Shown here piece after piece: positions 8,539 to 19,303 of a stretch of DNA of 64,000 nt. Within the stretch, counting starts at the first letter, position 1; the number at the start of each line of letters is the position of its first letter. The notes beneath the pieces were generated by a model. The model was not told where the DNA came from. It saw nothing but the letters and a program-made list of their open reading frames with translations, and searched no databases. The DNA is taken from the IMG/VR virus record IMGVR_UViG_3300025016_000004. The stretch is one strand, 5' to 3'. The position numbers were made by a program, and so were the translations under genes. Source of the DNA: a virus.

Positions 8539-11500
8539 TTTAAAGTCGAATGTTAAAGTTACTAAAGTTAAGAATCTTTGGGTTATAGACCCAAATGGTG
8601 AAGACTCTACAGCAGCTAATTTAGAAGATTTAAATATATCTGTTGAGTTAGAAGTTTTAGTAAGAGGTGATGACCCTATAATTTATTCTAAAAATAATAT
8701 AAACGCTACTAACCCTACCAGTAATGAAGTAACTAGAATTAGTTTTATTGATGGTTCTGGTAATGAAGAAAAGTATTTAACAACTCACTACACTGAATTA
8801 AACACTAAATTTAATAGGGATAATAAAGATTTGGGTACATTAGGTATCGAGACAATAGATATTAGTTTTAACACTTCATATGTACCTATTGTAAAAATCA
8901 AATTCAAAGATATAAGAGGTCAATTATTTGAATTAGGTGAAGAGTCACCATATTCATTTTTATTTAAAATGCCTTACCCAATATTTTATTTAACTGTTAA
9001 AGGTTATTACGGAAAACCCGTTCAATATGCTTTACATATGACTAAATTTAACGGTAATTTAGATAATGAAACGGGTAGTTTTATTATTACATGTGATTTT
9101 ATTGGTTATACATATGCATTTTTATCTGATTTATTAATGGGTATATTAAAAGGAACGCCTTACACACAAAAAGGTATTAATGCTATTAAATCCATTCAAG
9201 GGTTTACAACTTTTGAAGAATTACGAAGTATTGTTAAAAAATTGGAAGATTATATCATTAAATTCAGAGAAGATAATAAACAATTAAAGGCGTTAACCAT
9301 TTATGATAAATTAAATACGAAATTACTTTCCATTGAACAATCATTAACAAATGTGTTTCCATTAATATTTGAAGGTTATACTAAACTTACTGACACTGGG
9401 GTAACCACAGCTCAAAACATGGCTGTAGCTATGAATACCAATGTAAATTATTTCACAAATAATCCTGATTATTTAAAACCATATACATTATCTGACACTA
9501 CTAAAAAAGAATATAAAAATTCCACATTAAAATTAGTTGAAGAATATAATGAGTTAAACCAAGTTAAAGGGGATTCAAAAACTTTTAAGTTAAATATTGA
9601 AGATTTTCAATTGGATAGTAATGGAATATTTTATAATAATTTTAAAGTAGCAGATTTTATTCGTAAAAACGAATTTAATATAGCTACTACATCATTTTAT
9701 TCATTTGATGAATTTCAAAAAAGTAAGGATATTAAAAAATACCTTAATTTTAAAATAAAAGAACAAAATGACACTTTTATTAAAGAAATGTATGGGTATA
9801 CGCTTGATATAATTAATAAAAAGTATAGAGATAATAATTTAATAACCGACCCTTCAATAAAAAACATGGTTGATATTAGATTTGCATTAAATAAAGTTAG
9901 ATTAACTAGGGAAAAATTACAAGAGGAATTTGATAAAAATAAAAAGTTAGTAACTGAATCTTTCACTCAAGATATTAACAGTTTCTTAAAAAAAGAAGGA
10001 ACTAAATTTGACGCTTCAATAGGGTCTTTATTTAAAATTTTATGTGACCATGTTGATTTATTTATTGATGTTGTTAAAAACCTTGAAGAAGAAATAGAAA
10101 ATGACCGAAAAAATGGTAATAGAAATTTACAAGCAGCTGATAAAAGAAATTTTACTGAATTTATAAGCATTAACGGTTCTAATCAAATTGCGGTTGCACC
10201 ATTTCCAGAATATGTAGAAGATGAAGGTAAAGACACCAACGGTGATGGTACTTTGGTTGAAAAATGGTTAGGTTCTAAGCGTAAATTTAGTGAATATGCT
10301 GAAGTTAAATTTATCAACGATTTATACGATTCTATTAAAATGGCCGCTAAAAAGGATAAAGAAATAATAGAGGGTATTTACGCTGACTCTAAAGCGTGGT
10401 TTCCAATAAACCCATTAGAAACATTAGCGTTTGATGAAAACAATGAAAATCCTTGGAATAGCGTAATCCATTCTAACATACAACCAGCCATGAAATTGAT
10501 TGTTCAAAGAATGGCATTATTTTTAGGTTTTTCGCATAAAAATTTAACTATTGAAGAAATTACTGAAGTAGCTAAAATTGAAGCTAATCAAGCCTATAAC
10601 ACTCTTATAGATGTTAAAAATGTTATAATAGAACCTAACGGTAATATTGATACACAAATAAAAACATATTTTGGTGATAGTCAAGAAACATTTGGTAAAG
10701 TAGGCACATTTCATGGATTAAGATTATATTATAATAAAAGTTTTTTAGGTGGGGATAAAATTGTTTATCATCACGATAAACCAGATATTGGTAATGGTGG
10801 TTTTAAAAATTTTAATGATGCATTTAATAACAGACCAGAATTTATTCCAATTAACCAAACAACCAAATCTTTAGATAGTAAATTTAATGAATTAAATACA
10901 AATACTGGTAGAAGTTATTTTAATGGTACGTTTATTAGTAATGTAATATCTAATAGTCAATTGAATGAGGGTACAAATAATGAGATTGAATATGAAAAAT
11001 TTATTAAAATAATAGATAAAAGTGATTATACTAAACAATTAATTTACGAAAGTTATGTAACGGGTGGTGACGGTAATGGTGTTGTAAGCGAAATGGCTGA
11101 AAATGAGTTAGTGAGTACACATAATACATTACTTGGTGGTCGATATAGAACACATGAATTCATGACATACAAAACTCCAAAAAGTGAATCACCTTTATTT
11201 TATGAATTTTATGATATAAGATTAAAAGAAAATCTTATAAGTAGAGCTGGTGATGAAGGTAAAAATTTTATTTTTAATTCAAATTTTAAAAGTAATAAAA
11301 AAATTTATAATTTATTTGGTTCTAGATTTTATTATAATCAAACAGATAATTATAGTAAAGCTTTATTATTTTTACATTCAATACCTTTTGAAGGACTTTT
11401 ATATAAAAATTCTTATGAAATTTTACCTTTAGGGTTATTGAGTAATAAAACTTTAAAATATTTTAATGAAAGGGCTGGGTTTACTTCAATCCCATATTCT

Positions 11501-13843
11501 TGGATTTTGTTTATGGGTGGTTTATTATTTAGAAATTCTAAATCTTCAGATATTCTTAAATATAGTATAACAAAAATTGGTGATGAAAGTTTAATTCCTA
11601 ATATAAATAATGTTGAAATCAATAAAGATGAATACTTAATTTATTCATCAATTAGTAGTACACCAATAAATTTTAATACTGTTAGTATAGGTTCTACTAA
11701 GTACGAACAACTTTCAGATGTAATTAAAAATTTACCAAATAGTGTTAAAGATATTTTCATCAATGAGTTTATTAATTGGGTTGATAGTGAAAATGGTTGG
11801 TTAAATATACAGAATAATTTAGAAATTTTTGATGATACCACATCAGATGACCAAATAATTACAATTTGGAATAACTTAAAAGTCAACCCTAATGATACGA
11901 CAGGATTTAAAACAAATGTTTCAACTAATTATAAAGTTATACCAAATAACGAAAAGGGTTATTTTGATTTAGAAATCATAACCGCTAGTCCAGCGTCAAA
12001 TGATACATTCTTATTTCTTATTGATGAAAAAGTTTTAATAAACGGAACTTATAGAATTTGGGAAGGTAAAACTGATAGAATTAGTAATTTTGAAATTCCA
12101 TCAATTCAACAAAAAGAATATCTTAGTACATTTTTTTCCACATATAAAACCTTAAATGCTACATCAACTAACCCTGATGCAGAAATTAATAAAAATTTAT
12201 TTGGCACTGATAAAGTTGATGATATTAAATTAGGGTTATATAAAAATATTAAATCTATTTATAATAAATGGATTCTTGGTGTACATCCAAGTATGGAATC
12301 TATAATAACTGGTAATTTATACAAAAATTTTAACTTTCTAGATAGGGCTTATATTGATATTAGCGGTAAATTTAAAGTTTCACCTACTGGATTCGTAGAT
12401 TACCTATCAAGTAATTCAAACATTAGTTTTTATAATTTTATTGCTAGAATACTTAGAGATAATAACTTTGATTTTATTCCATTACCAACATTTATTGATT
12501 ATTCTTCTAAAGAAAGTGTTACTAGTATATTTGAACCATATAATTTTAATGATTCAGTTACTGCCACTAACCCACAATTTATTTGTATGTATTTTGGTGA
12601 ACAATCAAATCAATTAAACATTGATAAAAAAAACACAAAAAGACCTAATGATAGTTTTTCATTACCAAGTAAATATGACCCAAAAACTGGTGAATTAATA
12701 ATCACAGATACGGAATTACCAACAGATTTTAAAGATGGTGGTCAAAACATACCTTATTTTTTAGTTAATTATGTAGACCAAAACCAATCAATATTTAAAG
12801 AAATTCATTTAGACCAAAGTGAATTTACTGAAACAAATGAAAGTCTTGAAATTATCGATAGTCTTTCTAAATTGAATAGAAATAACTCAATTGGTCAAAA
12901 CTTATTCGATATTTATAATAATAGAGCATACTCAGTTGAAGTTGAAATGTTAGGTTGTGCACAAATTCAACCATTTATGTTATTCCAAATTAATAATGTC
13001 CCTATTTTTGATGGTGCTTACACTATTATTAATACTAGACATCATATTAAAGCTAATCATATGACAACCACATTTAAAGGGGTTAGAATTAGAAGGATTA
13101 AAACTAAAATGGTTGATGATGAAACACTATATGCACATTTATTAGCTAACTTAGATGAAGTCGATTCTAAGGGGGCTTCATTAAGCGATTTAAGTAATGT
13201 TGGTAGTAATACAAATTATATTTTTACTAAACCTACAACAGCAGAACTCAACCAGAATCAAGTCGCTGTTAAACAATATTTTAAAGATAGAGGGTATAAT
13301 AAAGAAATTGTTGCTGGAATCATGGGTAATATGGAGATTGAATCAAGTTTTAATTTATCAGCCGTAAACTCAAGAGATACAAATGAATTAGTATCAATAG
13401 GTTTAATACAATGGAATTTTGGTTCATACCCCGATGTATTTCAATTATATTCAAGTGGTATATTTTCAACTGTTGAACAACAATTAGATTATTTAACAAA
13501 AATGGAAACGTGGGATAAATTTATAAAAGAAGTAAATATAATCACACCACCTGTAACATATTATGATGAACAATATGTTGCATTTTTATTTGCTCATTAT
13601 GTGGAAGTATGTTGTGGTTGCGCTAGAACTAAAGGTTATAACACTTTAAATGAAATTTATAGTGGGCCATATACTAAAGGTTGGGGATGTCCACAAGATG
13701 ACCCAAATGCTACCATATTTTTTCCACATAAACGAAGTCAAGCTGCATCATACTTTATGAAAAGATTTAATAACCCAAAAGATGCATTATATTGGAAAGA
13801 ACCCACTGTAGAAATAAATCATGGATTTATTTCTTCAATTTAA
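8531..13843 (+). CDS. Large baseplate hub protein with C-terminal phage tail lysozyme (Phage_lysozyme2-like) domain
   Basis: 1770 aa; hub-like motifs (LGIETIDISF, YPIFYLTVKGYYG, VEMLGCAQIQPF...GAYTIINTRHHI...MTTTFKG); C-terminal GYNKEIVAGIMGNMEIESSFN...SIGLIQWN. Confidence 0.7.
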   Translation: MANLKSNVKVTKVKNLWVIDPNGEDSTAANLEDLNISVELEVLVRGDDPIIYSKNNINATNPTSNEVTRISFIDGSGNEEKYLTTHYTELNTKFNRDNKDLGTLGIETIDISFNTSYVPIVKIKFKDIRGQLFELGEESPYSFLFKMPYPIFYLTVKGYYGKPVQYALHMTKFNGNLDNETGSFIITCDFIGYTYAFLSDLLMGILKGTPYTQKGINAIKSIQGFTTFEELRSIVKKLEDYIIKFREDNKQLKALTIYDKLNTKLLSIEQSLTNVFPLIFEGYTKLTDTGVTTAQNMAVAMNTNVNYFTNNPDYLKPYTLSDTTKKEYKNSTLKLVEEYNELNQVKGDSKTFKLNIEDFQLDSNGIFYNNFKVADFIRKNEFNIATTSFYSFDEFQKSKDIKKYLNFKIKEQNDTFIKEMYGYTLDIINKKYRDNNLITDPSIKNMVDIRFALNKVRLTREKLQEEFDKNKKLVTESFTQDINSFLKKEGTKFDASIGSLFKILCDHVDLFIDVVKNLEEEIENDRKNGNRNLQAADKRNFTEFISINGSNQIAVAPFPEYVEDEGKDTNGDGTLVEKWLGSKRKFSEYAEVKFINDLYDSIKMAAKKDKEIIEGIYADSKAWFPINPLETLAFDENNENPWNSVIHSNIQPAMKLIVQRMALFLGFSHKNLTIEEITEVAKIEANQAYNTLIDVKNVIIEPNGNIDTQIKTYFGDSQETFGKVGTFHGLRLYYNKSFLGGDKIVYHHDKPDIGNGGFKNFNDAFNNRPEFIPINQTTKSLDSKFNELNTNTGRSYFNGTFISNVISNSQLNEGTNNEIEYEKFIKIIDKSDYTKQLIYESYVTGGDGNGVVSEMAENELVSTHNTLLGGRYRTHEFMTYKTPKSESPLFYEFYDIRLKENLISRAGDEGKNFIFNSNFKSNKKIYNLFGSRFYYNQTDNYSKALLFLHSIPFEGLLYKNSYEILPLGLLSNKTLKYFNERAGFTSIPYSWILFMGGLLFRNSKSSDILKYSITKIGDESLIPNINNVEINKDEYLIYSSISSTPINFNTVSIGSTKYEQLSDVIKNLPNSVKDIFINEFINWVDSENGWLNIQNNLEIFDDTTSDDQIITIWNNLKVNPNDTTGFKTNVSTNYKVIPNNEKGYFDLEIITASPASNDTFLFLIDEKVLINGTYRIWEGKTDRISNFEIPSIQQKEYLSTFFSTYKTLNATSTNPDAEINKNLFGTDKVDDIKLGLYKNIKSIYNKWILGVHPSMESIITGNLYKNFNFLDRAYIDISGKFKVSPTGFVDYLSSNSNISFYNFIARILRDNNFDFIPLPTFIDYSSKESVTSIFEPYNFNDSVTATNPQFICMYFGEQSNQLNIDKKNTKRPNDSFSLPSKYDPKTGELIITDTELPTDFKDGGQNIPYFLVNYVDQNQSIFKEIHLDQSEFTETNESLEIIDSLSKLNRNNSIGQNLFDIYNNRAYSVEVEMLGCAQIQPFMLFQINNVPIFDGAYTIINTRHHIKANHMTTTFKGVRIRRIKTKMVDDETLYAHLLANLDEVDSKGASLSDLSNVGSNTNYIFTKPTTAELNQNQVAVKQYFKDRGYNKEIVAGIMGNMEIESSFNLSAVNSRDTNELVSIGLIQWNFGSYPDVFQLYSSGIFSTVEQQLDYLTKMETWDKFIKEVNIITPPVTYYDEQYVAFLFAHYVEVCCGCARTKGYNTLNEIYSGPYTKGWGCPQDDPNATIFFPHKRSQAASYFMKRFNNPKDALYWKEPTVEINHGFISSI

Positions 13844-13846
13844 TTA

Positions 13847-13878
13847 TTTGTTTTTTTAATTATTTTTTAGTATCTTTG
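13847..13878 (+). promoter_or_regulatory. Bacteroidota-type housekeeping promoter (-33 TTTG, -7 TAnnTTTG)
   Basis: tttg (13847-13850), 20-nt spacer, tatctttg (13871-13878); ATG at 13883. Confidence 0.65.
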
Positions 13879-13882
13879 CAAT

Positions 13883-14494
13883 ATGGAAATAGCTAATATT
13901 GTTTGTACTGATGTAATAAATGTTGGCCCAGAGTTTAACGTTGTTAAATCTTTGGACGATATTATATACACCAATTTACCAACTTTAATCATAGGGTATG
14001 AAACAGTGGTGGATTTATATGGTATTGACAATATCAATGTATTAAATAGAAGTATTAATAAAAATATCTTTTGGACATTTAGACGAACTGTTGAACGTAA
14101 AATATATGAGCCAGACCTTGAGGACTTTATGAGGCATGCATATAAAAAAGCTATTGAAAATATAAACTATGTAGATTTAGATGTAATTCAATTTGATAGA
14201 AGTAAATTATATAAAATTGTTAAAAAAATACTTAAATTAAAAGACCCAATTTCTTATAAAAATGAGAATAATGTAATATATATTTATTCGGGTAATTTAA
14301 TCTTTGGTGTTGACTTGAATTTATTGAATTTTGTAGGGTCTAATATTGAAAAAGCTGAGAAAAAAATAATTAAGAAAAGCAAGGTGTTTCTGGAAGGTAG
14401 TGAGATACTTATTGAATATAATAACCATTTGGAACGATTAAATTACGATTGTAAGTATGTTCCATTGTTATATTCAATTAATCCACATGAATAA
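13883..14494 (+). CDS. Hypothetical protein
   Basis: 203 aa ORF behind a host-type promoter. Confidence 0.7.
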   Translation: MEIANIVCTDVINVGPEFNVVKSLDDIIYTNLPTLIIGYETVVDLYGIDNINVLNRSINKNIFWTFRRTVERKIYEPDLEDFMRHAYKKAIENINYVDLDVIQFDRSKLYKIVKKILKLKDPISYKNENNVIYIYSGNLIFGVDLNLLNFVGSNIEKAEKKIIKKSKVFLEGSEILIEYNNHLERLNYDCKYVPLLYSINPHE

Positions 14495-14891
14495 AAAAAT
14501 ATTAATAGCCTCTTTTATAGATAAGGAGGTGTTAAAAGAGTTCTTAATATATATTCAAAACACCTTTGAGGTAGATTCAGATAAAGTTTTTATATTTGAA
14601 AGCCTCCAAGATAAATCCCAATATATCTTAACTTTTTTTATAGAATTACCGCTAGGGGGACATATAAACCTTAGAAAACACTTCAAAAACGCCTTAATAG
14701 TTCATAAAAAGAAAAAGACTTTTTATACGATAAATGCGTTAAATACGTTAATAGAAACTGAATTTGATTTACCAAAAGGTAATATCAATTATAAACAGTG
14801 GAAGATTGATTGGAGTAAATATGAAAACCAATTAATAATAAATAGTAACAATAATTTGGTTTTAATAGACTTAAAACGGTTTTTTTGCTAA
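14487..14891 (+). CDS. Hypothetical protein (start moved to ATG 14487)
   Basis: ATG overlapping the previous stop region gives MNKKILIASF..., 134 aa. Confidence 0.65.
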   Translation: MNKKILIASFIDKEVLKEFLIYIQNTFEVDSDKVFIFESLQDKSQYILTFFIELPLGGHINLRKHFKNALIVHKKKKTFYTINALNTLIETEFDLPKGNINYKQWKIDWSKYENQLIINSNNNLVLIDLKRFFC

Positions 14892-14937
14892 TTTCTCTCT
14901 ATTTATATTAAAATAAGTACTTTAAATATTTAATATT

Positions 14938-15114
14938 ATGGAGAAAAATAAATTAGACGATTTAAATAGGTTTTTGGAAGGTGATAATGAAGAAGGAACT
15001 GTTTGTGATTTAGATGGTAATTGCAGACCTAAACTTATTAAGGTTGATAAGAGTATTGTTGAAAGAGTCAACAAAAAAATAATAATTGAAGACGGAAGAC
15101 AACTTTTAATGTAA
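14938..15114 (+). CDS. Small hypothetical protein (58 aa) not in the ORF track
   Basis: MEKNKLDDLNRFLEGDNEEGTVCDLDGNCRPKLIKVDKSIVERVNKKIIIEDGRQLLM*; TATTTATA at 14900; TAATG coupling to the next gene. Confidence 0.7.
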   Translation: MEKNKLDDLNRFLEGDNEEGTVCDLDGNCRPKLIKVDKSIVERVNKKIIIEDGRQLLM

Positions 15115-15815
15115 TGAAAAAATATACAAACGAAGATAATAAAAAAGATAGAGATAAATTCAGGTTATTATTTGAATATGATTTCTATGTAGAAGAAGAA
15201 GAGGTTTACGACCCTGAATTGGACAATGAAACTGGCGAAATTATTACCGAAGAGCCACCAGAAGGTGAAGCTCCAGAAGGTGGTGAAGATATGGGTGATG
15301 AAGAATTTCCTGAAGCTGGTAGTGAAGATATGGGTGATGAAGAATTTCCTGAAGCTGGTAGTGAAGAATTACCAGAACCAGAAGCAATGGAAGATGAAGT
15401 TGAATTAGATGTAACTGAATTAGTACAAGGCACGGAAGAAGCAAAAGCGTCTTCTGATAGAGCTAGTCAACAAATTGATATATTAATGGGTAAATTTGAA
15501 ACATTATCTCAATCATTAGAAAAAATGACAGCAATTAATCAAAAAATTGATGATTTGGAACATGAAATTGAAAAAAGAAATCCAACACCACAAGAAAGAT
15601 TAGAAATGCAATCATTAAATTCATTTCCATATAGCTTAAAATTAACAGATTATTGGTCAGAAAAAGAAGGTAATTATGACGCAATGGGTGGACAAAAAGA
15701 AGATGAAGAATATGTACTAACTCAAGATGAAGTAGATAGAGATTATAATGCAATTGAAATTAAAGATTCGTTTGTAAATCCAAATGAAGATGAATTTATT
15801 AAAAAGAAATTTTAA
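15114..15815 (+). CDS. Highly acidic protein with coiled coil, possibly a scaffold or internal head protein
   Basis: 233 aa; E/D/P-rich low-complexity middle and a heptad region (QIDILMGKFETLSQSLEKM...). Confidence 0.6.
   Translation: MKKYTNEDNKKDRDKFRLLFEYDFYVEEEEVYDPELDNETGEIITEEPPEGEAPEGGEDMGDEEFPEAGSEDMGDEEFPEAGSEELPEPEAMEDEVELDVTELVQGTEEAKASSDRASQQIDILMGKFETLSQSLEKMTAINQKIDDLEHEIEKRNPTPQERLEMQSLNSFPYSLKLTDYWSEKEGNYDAMGGQKEDEEYVLTQDEVDRDYNAIEIKDSFVNPNEDEFIKKKF
15283..15367 (+). repeat. 39-bp in-frame tandem duplication (EDMGDEEFPEAGS x2)
   Basis: gtgaagatatgggtgatgaagaatttcctgaagctggta at 15283 and 15322, partial third copy at 15361. Confidence 0.9.
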
Positions 15816-15843
15816 CCTATAAAACATTAAAAAAGAGACTATT

Positions 15844-15877
15844 AAAGTGTGGTATGAAAATATCACACTTTTTTTTT
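15844..15877 (+). terminator. Intrinsic terminator
   Basis: aaagtgtggtat-gaaa-atatcacacttt followed by a T tract. Confidence 0.75.
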
Positions 15878-15897
15878 GAAAAAACTTTAAAAAATAC

Positions 15898-15928
15898 TTG
15901 TAATAATTTCTTTTCTGTAGTATAATTG
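15898..15928 (+). promoter_or_regulatory. Probable host-type (Bacteroidota) promoter for the replication operon
   Basis: ttg, 20-nt spacer, tataattg; same architecture as 13847 and 63007 with one mismatch. Confidence 0.5.
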
Positions 15929-16059
15929 CATCACGTTACTTAAATTCAGTTTAATTAACTAAAGATTGCCGCTGATGAATTATAACTGGTGGTAATACAA
16001 ATAAAGACCCCGATATTAAAAAACGAAGTCGGGCCATTAAAAACAATTAATAAATTATT

Positions 16060-16992
16060 ATGGAAACACAAAAAAACTCAGTGTTAGACGCAATGCTTTC
16101 TCAGTATGAAAAAGCTACATCATTCTCAAGTGAAAATTCATTTGATATTAAAAACTATTTTACAACTTTCTTACCTGATGGTATTGATAGTAAAATGAAA
16201 CACATCAGAATTTTACCTGTAAACGGTTCTCCTTTTCAAGAAGTTCACGTTCATAGTGCAAAAGTTGATGGTAAAAATCGTAAATTTACATGTATCGCTA
16301 AATTAGAAGACGTACCATGTCCTTTCTGCGAAGCAAGAGAGAGACTTATGGCTACTGGCGAAAAAAGTGACGATGAATTAGCGAAAAGCTATAAATCTAG
16401 GTTAATGTATGTTGTTAAAGTAATTGATAGAGAAAATGAGGCTGACGGCCCAAAATTCTGGAGATTCCCAATCAACTATAAGAAAGAAGGTATCATGGAC
16501 AAAATCATGGCATCTGTTCAAATGGTTGGTGAAGATATCACTGATGCAGAAACTGGAAGAGATTTAGTTCTTAACGTTGTAAGAGTTAAAAACCCAAGAG
16601 GTGGAACATATCCAGCAGTAAATTCAGTACAAGCAATGGACAGAAAACCATTAAGTTCTGATGCTAAATTATCTAAAAAATGGGTTGAAGACAAAAAAAC
16701 ATGGCAAGATGTTTATTCAGTGAAAGATTATGATTATTTAAAATTAATCGTGATGGGAGAAGTTCCAGCTTGGAGTAAAAAACTTGAAAAGTTTGTTGCT
16801 AAATCAAGCTTATCTCCTGAAGACGAACAAGATACCGCTGAAGACTTAGATTCTAAAGTGAGTATGGGTGCAAATGCACAAAAAAAATCTGAAACTCCAA
16901 TTGAAACTGAAGTTCCAGTTGCCTCTAAAGAGACAACATATGTGGCTGATGTTGATATTGATGAAGAAGAAGATGATGATTTACCATTTTAA
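16060..16992 (+). CDS. ssb: Single-stranded DNA-binding protein, T4 gp32-like
   Basis: IRILP...H...C...CPFCE zinc motif, DITDAETGRDL, acidic C-tail ending DDDLPF. Confidence 0.85.
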   Translation: METQKNSVLDAMLSQYEKATSFSSENSFDIKNYFTTFLPDGIDSKMKHIRILPVNGSPFQEVHVHSAKVDGKNRKFTCIAKLEDVPCPFCEARERLMATGEKSDDELAKSYKSRLMYVVKVIDRENEADGPKFWRFPINYKKEGIMDKIMASVQMVGEDITDAETGRDLVLNVVRVKNPRGGTYPAVNSVQAMDRKPLSSDAKLSKKWVEDKKTWQDVYSVKDYDYLKLIVMGEVPAWSKKLEKFVAKSSLSPEDEQDTAEDLDSKVSMGANAQKKSETPIETEVPVASKETTYVADVDIDEEEDDDLPF

Positions 16993-17018
16993 TTAACGGT
17001 AAATTAAATAAGAAGTGA

Positions 17019-17049
17019 AAGGGGGTGAGGTTACCTACCCCCTTATTTT
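17019..17049 (+). terminator. Hairpin, probable terminator
   Basis: aagggggt-g-agg-tta-cct-accccctt followed by atttt. Confidence 0.55.
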
Positions 17050-17107
17050 AGCTCTAATAATAACGAAATAGGGTTAAAATTAAATAAACTCAGGGGGCTC
17101 AATAATT

Positions 17108-18205
17108 ATGGCTAAAAAACCATCAAAAACGACTGTAGCAAAGACCGAATACAGTTTAGAAGATTTTAAAAAATCACAAGGCATTCAAAAAACAATAAAA
17201 GATAAAGATTTAACTTGGGTTCCATTATCAAAAGCATGGCATGATGCGATTAAATTACCAGGATTTGCTAGAGGTTTTGTAAACTCAGTAAGAGGTTACT
17301 CAAACACTGGTAAATCAACTGCGTTTTATGAGGCAATTGCTGGGGCGCAAAGAATAGGTGACTTACCAGTTATATTTGAAACTGAAGGTAACTTTAATTG
17401 GACTCACGCTAGGTTATGCGGAATGCAATTTGAGGAAGTAGTGGATGAAGAAACGGGTGAAATCACTTATGGTGGTAATTTCCTGTTTATGGGTAATAAA
17501 GATTTACTTGATAGGTATCAAAATTATGACCACCAACACAGTAAAGAAGGTAAAACACCATTAAGATATGAACCAGTTTTGGAAGATATCGCTTTATATA
17601 TGACAGAATTATTAGATTTACAAGCTGAAGGAAAATTAAATGAAAACCTATGTTTCTTATGGGATTCCATCGGAACTTTAAATGGTTTTAAATCTGCAAT
17701 ATCTAAAACAACTAACAATATGTGGAATGCTGGTTCAATGAAAGTATTTCAAGCAATTGTTAATTTTAGAATACCAACTTCTAGAAGAGAAGATAGTGAA
17801 TTTACAAATACATTTATTTGTGTACAAAAAATTTGGTATGATAGTATGAATATGAAGATTAAACACAGTTGTGGTGAATTTATGTTCTTTAACTCTAGAT
17901 TAATAGTTCATATGGGTGGCATTATTTCACATGGCACATCTAAACTTAAAGCAACTGCTTTAGGAAATGAATTTCAATATGGAACTGAAGTAAAAATTTC
18001 TTGTGAAAAGAATCATATTAATGGTATTGAAAAGAAAGGTAGTATTGCTTCAACACCGCATGGTTTCTGGAACCCAGATGAATTAGACGCTTATAAGAAA
18101 GAAAAAAGAGATTTCATACATGAAAATCTAAATGTGTCTTATGATGTTGAAATAGCATATACGACTGAAGAGGGTGAAAAATCTGTTGAAGATTTAGGAG
18201 CTTAA
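17108..18205 (+). CDS. uvsX: RecA/UvsX-like recombinase
   Basis: Walker A GYSNTGKST, FETEG, Walker B FLWDSIG, CEKNHING. Confidence 0.8.
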   Translation: MAKKPSKTTVAKTEYSLEDFKKSQGIQKTIKDKDLTWVPLSKAWHDAIKLPGFARGFVNSVRGYSNTGKSTAFYEAIAGAQRIGDLPVIFETEGNFNWTHARLCGMQFEEVVDEETGEITYGGNFLFMGNKDLLDRYQNYDHQHSKEGKTPLRYEPVLEDIALYMTELLDLQAEGKLNENLCFLWDSIGTLNGFKSAISKTTNNMWNAGSMKVFQAIVNFRIPTSRREDSEFTNTFICVQKIWYDSMNMKIKHSCGEFMFFNSRLIVHMGGIISHGTSKLKATALGNEFQYGTEVKISCEKNHINGIEKKGSIASTPHGFWNPDELDAYKKEKRDFIHENLNVSYDVEIAYTTEEGEKSVEDLGA

Positions 18206-18227
18206 TATTAACGTTAAAAAAAGGATT

Positions 18228-19301
18228 ATGGCTAATAAGCCGAGAAAATTTAATACTCTTAGTAGTAATACTAAGAATATTTTACTTGTTGATGGAAACG
18301 CCCTATTTAAGTTGGGATTTTTTGGGGCGAAAGATATGTTTACTAGGGATGGTAAACACATAGGTGGACTCTATGCGTTTATTACCATCCTTAGAAAACT
18401 TCTTGAAGAAAAACTGTATCATAGGGTCTTTGTATTTTGGGATGGTAAATTTAGTGGTAAGATGAGATGGCAATTATACTCAGATTACAAAGTAGACCGA
18501 AATAAAGATTACATCAATGGTACGCACCCAGTTGACATACAAGAGGTAACTGAAAAATTTTTAATAAGACAATATCTAGAAGAATTATGTATTAGACAAA
18601 TGATTGATAATACTAATGCTGGTGTTGAAGCTGATGATTTCATAGCTTATTATTGTAAAATTAAAAGTGCTGATGAAAAAATTACTATTTGTACAACGGA
18701 TAGAGATTTGTGTCAATTAATTAATGAAGATGTTAGGATATATTTGTGTGATAAGAAAGCGTATATCGATACCAAAAATTATCGAGAGCATTTCAAACAT
18801 CACCATAAAAATAGTAAACTGATAAAAATTATTGGTGGTGATAATAGTGATTGTATTAAGGGAATTAGCGGTGTTAAAGAAACTACATTACTAAAATACT
18901 TCCCTCAATTAGCTGAAAGAGAAATATCATTACAAGAAATAATTACTTTAGCTAAGGAATATCAAGAGGAAAGGATTAAAGAAAAGAAAAAACCAATAAA
19001 AGCATTGACAAATATTATTGAATCTAACACTGATGGTGTACAGGGTAAGGATATTTACAAAATCAATGAAGTGATTATTGATTTAAGTAATCCTTTAATT
19101 GATAAAGTAAATCAACAGTTATTGAAATATAACAAAGGGTCTATGGGTGATTTTGAAGAACGTGGAATTAAAAACGTTTACACATATATGAAACGTGATG
19201 GTGTTGCAAAACAAATTGAATCATTCAGTACCAACTATCTTTTACCTTTTAAACAACTGATAGAAAGAGAGAAAAAAGAAGCGAATTTAATAAATAATTA
19301 A
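18228..19301 (+). CDS. 5'-3' exonuclease / flap endonuclease (Pol I N-terminal / T4 RNase H type)
   Basis: LLVDGN, VFWDG, YK..R, EADDFIA, TTDRDLCQL, GGDNSDCIKGISGVKE. Confidence 0.9.
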   Translation: MANKPRKFNTLSSNTKNILLVDGNALFKLGFFGAKDMFTRDGKHIGGLYAFITILRKLLEEKLYHRVFVFWDGKFSGKMRWQLYSDYKVDRNKDYINGTHPVDIQEVTEKFLIRQYLEELCIRQMIDNTNAGVEADDFIAYYCKIKSADEKITICTTDRDLCQLINEDVRIYLCDKKAYIDTKNYREHFKHHHKNSKLIKIIGGDNSDCIKGISGVKETTLLKYFPQLAEREISLQEIITLAKEYQEERIKEKKKPIKALTNIIESNTDGVQGKDIYKINEVIIDLSNPLIDKVNQQLLKYNKGSMGDFEERGIKNVYTYMKRDGVAKQIESFSTNYLLPFKQLIEREKKEANLINN

Positions 19302-19303
19302 TT

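Noticed and set aside
15283..15367. 39-bp repeat as a CRISPR array
   Set aside because: Copies are directly adjacent with no spacers, in frame within a CDS, and there are no cas genes
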